DNA of 64,000 bases, taken from an uncultured Acidobacteriaceae bacterium. Its GTDB lineage: Bacteria > Acidobacteriota > Terriglobia > Terriglobales > Acidobacteriaceae. The DNA is taken from NCBI GenBank assembly GCA_963838995.1, contig CAWITJ010000003.1, positions 250,000 through 313,999 on the forward strand. The letters are read 5' to 3'. The translations under genes were made by a program, and so were the position numbers. Positions 58,112 through 64,000 of this stretch are shown in pieces. A model generated the notes under the pieces. It was not told the DNA's origin. It saw nothing but the letters and a program-made list of their open reading frames with translations, and searched no databases. The stretch's first letter is position 1. Every line of letters starts with the position of its first letter.

Positions 58112-58685
58112 CTAAAGTTTATCTGAGAGATCAGCGGACTGGAAGCCTCTTCGTTCAAGATCTCCTGTGTTTTCCGGTACCAGCGCGTCCTTGCCCCATA
58201 AGTAACACCTCGAACGTTGGTTATGTTTAATGTCCGCTACCAAAAAGTGCCATCCGCACTTCGTTTCGAGCCTCCAGATTTGTCTGACGCAAGACATAGC
58301 GACCAATCGGTATCTTGATTGGTGCCTTGTGTAGTGTGCGTTCTCTTACTTGTGCAGGAGCGGCCTGCGCCGCCTCCTTCGTCGCTTTCTTCTTTGGCGC
58401 CGGAGGATTGCGCGCCTGTCCCTTTACCTGGATCTCGTCGATCACTTCGCTCTGCTCGCTAGAGGTCATACTCTGAGGGACGAAGTGAATGTTCGCGCAC
58501 TTCTCCTTTATTTCGCCGCCAGTGCGAACATCGCTGCGGGTAGCATCAATCTTGCTGCCGCCTTCGCCGTTCACAGGTTGATTCTTCTTCTGCCGTGAAA
58601 TTCCACCCATGCCGCCCCGCTGCAATGGTGGACCTGTGGATCGCCCGGACAACGGAGCGCGGCCAAGCTGGCAGCACTCCGCCAT
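58112..58685 (-). CDS. hypothetical K/A/P-rich protein, possibly frameshifted near 58290
   Basis: ORF 58227..58685 (...NPPAPKKKATKEAAQAAPAQ...PIGRYVLRQ) overlaps ORF 58112..58306 (..VRQIWRLETKCGWHFLVADIKHNQ...) with a +1 offset. No domain recognised, and the start is uncertain. Confidence 0.3.
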
Positions 58686-58870
58686 CTCATGGTCACCCCC
58701 CCACTGGTTCGACGCTACCAGGAAAAATCCTAAGAGTGTGCCAATTCCCGAAATGGTCTAACTATGAGAGGCAACTAGGTGAAACCGAAAAGTTTGACCA
58801 CGTGGAGAGAACTGAGTGGTCGCCGTGCTCGCAACACGACCCTGGAAGTTAGCCCGCGCACTTCCGTCGC

Positions 58871-59755
58871 CTACCGGTTAATTCCGTACTTGTCCCTGAG
58901 AAAAGTCTGCAATGTGCCAGGTAGCGTGGCAGCCAACTCCTGCCAGGTCAGTAGGGCCAGCCTAGACCGCAGTTCCGCGCTTCGTACCGCACGAAGAACG
59001 TGATACCAAGCTTCGACCAGGTCGGCGCGTCGGCCATCGCACAACACAACAAAACGGCGCTGCCGGTGATGGGCCGCGATCACTCCCCGGATGAGTTGGT
59101 AGGAGTAGTATTTGCCGTTGGAAGAAGGAAGGTCCTCGGTTTCGAAAACCGCTTCGAAATCCGCATAACGGCAGACCAAGTCCCGCCGGGCACTCTGAAA
59201 CCCGCTTTCGGTGAGCTTCGCTTCCACAAACAGTTCGCCTACGCTCATGTCAACTTCGGTTCGATCGACGTGTCCGTTGATCAGCGGCGCATTCGGCCGA
59301 ACCCCAAACTCGGGATTCAACCCGTGCTCTATCCCCAAAAGATCGCAAACCTGCTTCCGCTTCAGCACGCCGGGATAGCAGAAAACATTCATCAGCAATG
59401 CATCGGAACTGTTAGCGCAGTCCAGTTCTCGGCGAGTCCGATCTAGGGAGCGAGCCACACGCCGGCTGGAGCTGTAGCGCTTCAGAAGTCGGCGCTTCCA
59501 CTCCGGATGAGCGCAGATGCGACGATACGATGCCGGCAGGAAGTTGCCGTGCCCACCATCGGCGTCTTGATATAGGACGCTGGGCGTTACGCCGAACGTC
59601 GATTCGTGGGCCAACCCTTCCGCAAGCAGAAGATTACGCGCGCTGATTTCCCGCCGCAGCGCCGCGGAATTCAACGTCTCTTTCGGGATTTCCCAGCCGC
59701 CCATCGAAGGCGAAGATAACACGAAACCGTCAGCGCGAGAAGAGTTCCAGCCCAA
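58871..59755 (-). CDS. PD-(D/E)XK nuclease-fold hypothetical protein
   Basis: 294 aa. The segment HVDRTEVDMSVGELFVEAKLTE fits the D...(D/E)xK restriction-endonuclease-like core. No adjacent methyltransferase. Confidence 0.6.
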   Translation of the reverse strand: MGWNSSRADGFVLSSPSMGGWEIPKETLNSAALRREISARNLLLAEGLAHESTFGVTPSVLYQDADGGHGNFLPASYRRICAHPEWKRRLLKRYSSSRRVARSLDRTRRELDCANSSDALLMNVFCYPGVLKRKQVCDLLGIEHGLNPEFGVRPNAPLINGHVDRTEVDMSVGELFVEAKLTESGFQSARRDLVCRYADFEAVFETEDLPSSNGKYYSYQLIRGVIAAHHRQRRFVVLCDGRRADLVEAWYHVLRAVRSAELRSRLALLTWQELAATLPGTLQTFLRDKYGINR

Positions 59756-59863
59756 TACTCAGACTTAGAGGTGAATCGTGTCGCCAGGTCCTGGGGCAAT
59801 CTGATGAGGCCACCGCAAGGTGGCAGCGCCCCGCCTCGTTCCACAACGTGTTAGGCACGACCG

Positions 59864-60454
59864 CTAGCTGACCGGAAGCACTCCCTGGGCACGAAAGAAG
59901 ACCAGCACGTCATCCCAGTTGTGCACGCGGTGTATGACATCGGAGACCTTCCGATTGTGCGGCGAATCGAACAGTATCTTTTCTCCCTCAAATCGCCTCA
60001 GGTGGTAGATGTTGTCGTCGATCATGTATTCGGCGCGAATGATTGACTTGTCGCCACACAGCACAATCTGTCGCCAGTCGATGAACGGGAAATTCGCGGC
60101 CAGCCAGTCATACTTCTCGCATAAGGAGTTGGGATATTCAGTCGCTGCGCTAACGATGTAGATCCGGCAGTGTTGCGCCAGCAACTCAAGCGCCGTGCGG
60201 CTCCCTTCGATCATCTTGAGGCTGGCGAAGAAACCGGGTGTGCGCGGAATTCTGCTGATGAATTCCTGGTGCTCGGTCGGCACGCACTCGCGCAATCGCT
60301 TCCCTTCCGTCGCCGGAACGTCTACCTCAACGCCGCTCCATGCTTGATAGCGGGCAAGCTGTTCGCCGAAGTAGTCGGCAATCACCTCGTCCATATCGAC
60401 GGCGACTCTGACGAGGTTGTTACCGGAAAGATCATCAAGGTCGCGTGGCATCAT
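59864..60454 (-). CDS. 5'(3')-deoxyribonucleotidase (HAD superfamily, NT5C/YorS-like)
   Basis: HAD motif I VAVDMDEVIAD and motif IV YMIDDN. AGGAG lies just upstream of the ATGATG at 60454/60451. Confidence 0.75.
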   Translation of the reverse strand: MMPRDLDDLSGNNLVRVAVDMDEVIADYFGEQLARYQAWSGVEVDVPATEGKRLRECVPTEHQEFISRIPRTPGFFASLKMIEGSRTALELLAQHCRIYIVSAATEYPNSLCEKYDWLAANFPFIDWRQIVLCGDKSIIRAEYMIDDNIYHLRRFEGEKILFDSPHNRKVSDVIHRVHNWDDVLVFFRAQGVLPVS

Positions 60455-60628
60455 GCTCCTACTATAGAGCCCCGCTCGGCTGCAGGAGCTTCCAGTCAAC
60501 GCGCGTTAGGCGAAGACCGTGGGAGTAGTGAGCGAAGTATCGAAACGCAAACCACGGAGCACTGGACGCGCTCCACTTCGATGGCCTGGAAGAAATAATG
60601 CTCTTCCTCCGGAACTTGTTGATTTGAT

Positions 60629-60673
60629 TGGTGGCGGCGGTAGGACTCGAACCTACGACCTACGGATTATGAG
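60629..60673 (-). tRNA. tRNA-Met (CAU) 3' half only: anticodon loop to CCA, 5' half absent
   Basis: The reverse complement reads CTCATAA-TCCGT-AGGTC-GTAGG-TTCGAGT-CCTAC-CGCCGCC-A-CCA. That is a perfect anticodon loop, 3' anticodon stem, variable loop, T-arm and 3' acceptor strand. The preceding bases (..tcattt) cannot form the 5' anticodon stem, D-arm or acceptor. Confidence 0.65.
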
Positions 60674-61421
60674 AAATGAAACCAATGTTGAGCCTAAAGA
60701 AAATAAAGGGCTTAGCTCGGAAGAAGACGGCAGAATCAAGCAGGATTCGCAACCCCCGCGCAAGACGAAACCGCGTTGATAGCCACAAAGCGCTATGTAA
60801 GGATTTGCATACCTTCAATCCCCGTTCCCACTTCGATTCAACAGTGCCAAGAGATTCTCTATACGTCTTGTCCGCTTTTTGTCTGCCCCTCTAGCTCGGG
60901 TTCTCACGGCAGACTCGCACAGGTTTCTGGGGCACTTGCCGGGGATAGCAAATCATCTGCTCTAACGGATGGCCGCTCGCCCAATGGGCATCCCTGGACG
61001 CTGCCGCGCTGGCCGGTACCGGTCCGGCCAGATCTCCCAGAAGCGGGCTTCCAGGGAGTCAGGGCTGCACTTCTACGACTCGGGCGTTATACGGCCAAGT
61101 GGGGGTGCCAATGCGGTTGCCGGAATGCTGGCCGACTCCCGAGGAACATATTCCATCCGGTTCAGATAGGGTGCGAGTTTGCCTGATTACAACAGTTACA
61201 GCGCAAACAGCTCCAGTCGGAGCTTCTTGTGCCAGACCGCCTGTTCACCGCTTTGAAGCGAAAGGGTACGGAGTCCTCGCTGACGCGGCATGTCCCCATC
61301 GCAGGCTGCGTCGTTTTGGCGGGTGGGGCTTCCATCCCCACCCTGGGGATCGGCTCCCGATATATCAGGCCGCACGATTTGGTTGACCAACAGGAGCAAT
61401 CGCCCCACGTCTGCTTAAATC

Positions 61422-63206
61422 TCAGTAATCGTAAAGCGGGTGTACCGCTGGAAACACCGTGTTATTCGCACAAATCGGTTTCACGTAGGCACTCACCACA
61501 CTTAATACGCCGGTGAAATCGGCAGTTGACACCATGGATAGCTTGTTTAGTGAGTCTGCGTACCCGTCGCTGTTCAGCGCCAGAAGCAGGTGCCGGACAC
61601 CCCACTGCCGCTTCACCTGATAAGCCCCTACCGGTCCGAAACGCTGGTCAATTTGGGCGGCGATCTCAGGGCTGGTTAGCTGGTCGAAATTATCAGCGTA
61701 CTCCCTGGAATAGAGGTCAATCTGCTTGTTGGCGTCTGTGCCAAGAGTGAAAATTTGGCCGCCCGCCTTCATCGCCAGCCGCTGCCCCGTTAGCTTAGCC
61801 AGACTTTCTGCGTCGACTACCTTCGCAAAATCCCCTTTCCCGATCGCTTTCAGTGAACCCTGCAAATTTCCGTAGGCGTCCTTCAGCTTTGCGGCGGCTT
61901 TTGCGATCCTGGCAGCAGCGGCTCCCATCTCTCCAGCTTTCACAGAAGTCTCGACAGCCGCGGTAGCGCCGTGTGCGGCCCCGGCTATTTCCCCGGCATA
62001 CGGAATCAGGCTTGCCGCCAGCTCAATCGGCGCAAGCACCATGTCGAGCGTTCCAGTAGCGCACTCCTTCTGGTTCATCGAACAACCCACGCCACAGTCG
62101 AATTGTTGTTGGGAGGGACAATTCTGCCAGCAAACCGGTCCCACCATATGGAAGTCAGCCTTGCAAGGTGGGTAGCAGAGCGCTCCGGTCGGGTCTTTTT
62201 GCAGACCAGGCGCGCATACGCCCATTTCAAGCGGCTCGCCCGCGCCACGACCATAGCTAGGCTTTTGACAAGAGACGCCAATGTCGTTCATGCCCGACGG
62301 ACAATCGGGAGAACAGACACAACAACCGGCGGCGTGGAAGTTAGGCTTACACTTGGGATACCACATCGCCGCACTTTGCTCGCAACCTTGAGGATTGTCT
62401 TTGTTGCATTGGTCGCCTTGCCAAATCACGTACCCCCCGCCTCTTCCATAGGAGCCTGGTTTGCCGCAGTAGCCTCCGTCATCACGGAAGTCCGCCGGAC
62501 AAACTCCCCAGCATACGGGCCCATTTCCGGCAAATCCATCTCGACATTTGGGATAACAGAGCAGGCCGTTCCTGTCGTAGCCGTCCCTGCAGGTGTAAGG
62601 TTCGCCGGCGCCGTTTCCGTAGCTTTGCCTGTAACAGTAGGGCAAATTGATAGCGGCAACTTGGGCGGCGATCCATGTCATCACGGCATTCATTTCATCC
62701 GGAGACAGTGGGGAAGCGCCCAGGTCAATCATCCCCGGCGGAGCCGACTGGTTCCCGGCGGCAACGTTGGAAGTTGAGGGGCTGGGTTGGGGATTTGCAG
62801 CGGGTTGGGATGTTTCTTGTGGCGCTTGGGCTGGGGCCGGATTTGTTCCCTGGTTGCCCGCTGCCGATCCATCTCCCTCTGCCACTTCAAGCGAGACCGG
62901 CAGATTAGAGGTGGACCCATCCGTTACCTGGATATCGGCTTCTTCGTCGGCTTGGAAACCCTGTGCCGTAAAGGTGACCGTGTAGCTCCCCACCGGAAGG
63001 TTCTGGAAAGAATACTGGCCATCACCGCTGGTTGTGACAGTGTTCTGGAGACCTGTGTCCTGATTGACGGCCTGCACCTGGACGTTGGCAACGGCTGCTC
63101 CGGATGGGTCTGCCACCGTACCCTGAATGGCGCCGCTGGGAGCTTGTGCACTCACGAAGCAGGCGAAAATCGCCATAAAAACTAATCCCAAGGTCTTGCG
63201 CATCAT
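61422..63206 (-). CDS. secreted Cys-rich repeat protein with carboxypeptidase-regulatory-like N-domain (function unknown)
   Basis: 594 aa with a signal peptide. CarboxypepD_reg-like GTVADPSGAAVANVQVQAVN...YSFQNLPVGSYTVTFTAQGF, then a P/Q/A linker. Three CYPxC(K/R)xxFxxxGxxC...CP repeats precede an Ala-rich C-terminal domain. Confidence 0.8.
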   Translation of the reverse strand: MMRKTLGLVFMAIFACFVSAQAPSGAIQGTVADPSGAAVANVQVQAVNQDTGLQNTVTTSGDGQYSFQNLPVGSYTVTFTAQGFQADEEADIQVTDGSTSNLPVSLEVAEGDGSAAGNQGTNPAPAQAPQETSQPAANPQPSPSTSNVAAGNQSAPPGMIDLGASPLSPDEMNAVMTWIAAQVAAINLPYCYRQSYGNGAGEPYTCRDGYDRNGLLCYPKCRDGFAGNGPVCWGVCPADFRDDGGYCGKPGSYGRGGGYVIWQGDQCNKDNPQGCEQSAAMWYPKCKPNFHAAGCCVCSPDCPSGMNDIGVSCQKPSYGRGAGEPLEMGVCAPGLQKDPTGALCYPPCKADFHMVGPVCWQNCPSQQQFDCGVGCSMNQKECATGTLDMVLAPIELAASLIPYAGEIAGAAHGATAAVETSVKAGEMGAAAARIAKAAAKLKDAYGNLQGSLKAIGKGDFAKVVDAESLAKLTGQRLAMKAGGQIFTLGTDANKQIDLYSREYADNFDQLTSPEIAAQIDQRFGPVGAYQVKRQWGVRHLLLALNSDGYADSLNKLSMVSTADFTGVLSVVSAYVKPICANNTVFPAVHPLYDY

Positions 63207-63388
63207 CGAAGACCGCCTTTCATGCGGGATTGCCGTTGAATTGGGTTCAGGTTCGAACTGGGGCCGGGTCAGAGAGACCTAACAAAGGAGAATTATGCCG
63301 TCCTGAAAGATCAGGAACATGAAGAGATATTTGGTTTTCGCTCAGAGCAGAGAAGTGTACCTACTTTCGTCGGGATGTCAAACAAATG

Positions 63389-63434
63389 CTGTCGCAGGTA
63401 GTGCGTCAGTTAACTGACGCACTACCCTGTCGCA
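63389..63434. repeat. 30-bp perfect palindrome flanked by 8-bp direct repeats
   Basis: GGTAGTGCGTCAGTT|AACTGACGCACTACC occupies 63397-63426 as 15+15 nt with a GTTAAC centre. It is bracketed by CTGTCGCA at 63389-63396 and CTGTCGCA at 63427-63434. Confidence 0.85.
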
Positions 63435-64000
63435 TGACTACTATTGGTTACGACGCAGTCCTGCACCGTACTAGCTTTGGCTTTCTTTTTATTCTTGGTC
63501 GTGACGGGCAACGTCATGCTGACCTGATTACAATGGGTCCTTATCCTGTGCTGGAAGTCCGCCATACATGGCAACTTACGCGTTAGCATGGCCCGGCGAA
63601 ATTCGTTCATTTTCCCTGGAACCCTCGGGTCATCAGAGCACTCTCTGCGGTGCTCGTCCTCGGCCCGTTCCAAACCCGACCCTTTTAGCTTTGACGGTGC
63701 GGAAGCAAGACAAGCAAATACTCTGACCTGTTCTGTCGGTCCGGCGATAGAACCGCTGCAGTAACACCACTCCCCGGGTAGCTGGGCGCGTTCTTGCAGT
63801 CTTCATAAAACGATGGCATATAGCGATAGTTGGCTGCGTACGGCACCGTCATGAGTAGCGAACGGAACGTGCGGTCGTTGCACGTCCCGTTTGGCGGATG
63901 CCATCCTAGTCGTCGGCCGCCGGTGTGGCCTTCGGCATGTTTTTTGGATTCAGCAGGGGAGCCGGGTTATCAGGATTTTGAAGATTAGGAATAAGGTCTG

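Noticed and set aside
60776-61186. 136-aa plus-strand ORF next to the tRNA scar (checked as a possible integrase/transposase remnant)
   Set aside because: Its translation is Cys/Pro/Arg-rich with no recombinase motifs, and the minus-strand frames I translated over roughly 60.7-61.2 kb also lack them.
63241-63285. GGTTCGAAC string suggestive of a tRNA T-loop
   Set aside because: The flanks cannot form T-stem or acceptor pairing, and no anticodon arm is present.
1-64000. CRISPR arrays, rRNA genes, IS elements
   Set aside because: I saw no regularly spaced direct repeats, no rRNA-like sequence, and no transposase-like ORF or terminal inverted repeats in any intergenic region I inspected. This was by eye only, so short or degenerate elements could be missed.

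Overview
GC-rich (about 58%) chromosomal segment. I infer it is acidobacterial from the TonB-dependent receptor and secreted proteins with carboxypeptidase-regulatory-like N-termini, plus a group 1h hydrogenase; this taxonomy is inference only. From left to right the window holds:

- **1-2.8 kb:** the core fabD-plsX-rpmF-yceD block.
- **3-9.5 kb:** two large secreted proteins, and a translationally coupled BNR-propeller/MoaD-like pair.
- **9.6-21.3 kb:** a minus-strand group 1h (Hhy-type, high-affinity) [NiFe]-hydrogenase operon. It carries hhyS-hhyL, a NifU-like gene, conserved hypotheticals, the maturation protease, hypCDE, a tandem-SIS protein and a glutaredoxin-like protein.
- **21.6-25 kb:** directly upstream of that operon sit a NarL-type response regulator, a dual-PAS HisKA_3 kinase and an orphan second HhyS-type small-subunit gene with no large subunit. 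I consider this the most interesting candidate system, a possible FeS-subunit-based redox/H2 sensing module.
- **25.6-42.6 kb:** a TetR regulator, a TonB-dependent receptor and a tightly packed 15-gene plus-strand catabolic operon. The operon encodes a Zn-ADH, NTF2/SnoaL proteins, a BBE-like FAD oxidase, EthD, an M24 hydrolase, PPOX, a nitrilase-family enzyme, a cytochrome c-PQQ dehydrogenase, a stand-alone lipoyl domain, an SDR and TPP E1 alpha/beta.
- **42.9-44.6 kb:** a BON/Gly-zipper stress cluster.
- **45.8-55.9 kb:** a secreted repeat protein, an ABC-F ATPase, a long-form isocitrate lyase and xfp-ackA.
- **56-64 kb:** an outer-membrane protein, then an accessory-looking end. That end holds a PD-(D/E)XK nuclease-like gene, a 5'(3')-deoxyribonucleotidase, a 45-nt tRNA-Met 3' half (att-type scar), a Cys-rich repeat secreted protein and a 30-bp perfect palindrome flanked by 8-bp direct repeats.

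The window carries at least eight clear single-nucleotide frameshifts in conserved genes, including essential plsX. Assembly indel error is therefore at least as likely as true pseudogenisation. I saw no CRISPR array, rRNA gene, intact tRNA or recognisable transposase or integrase.
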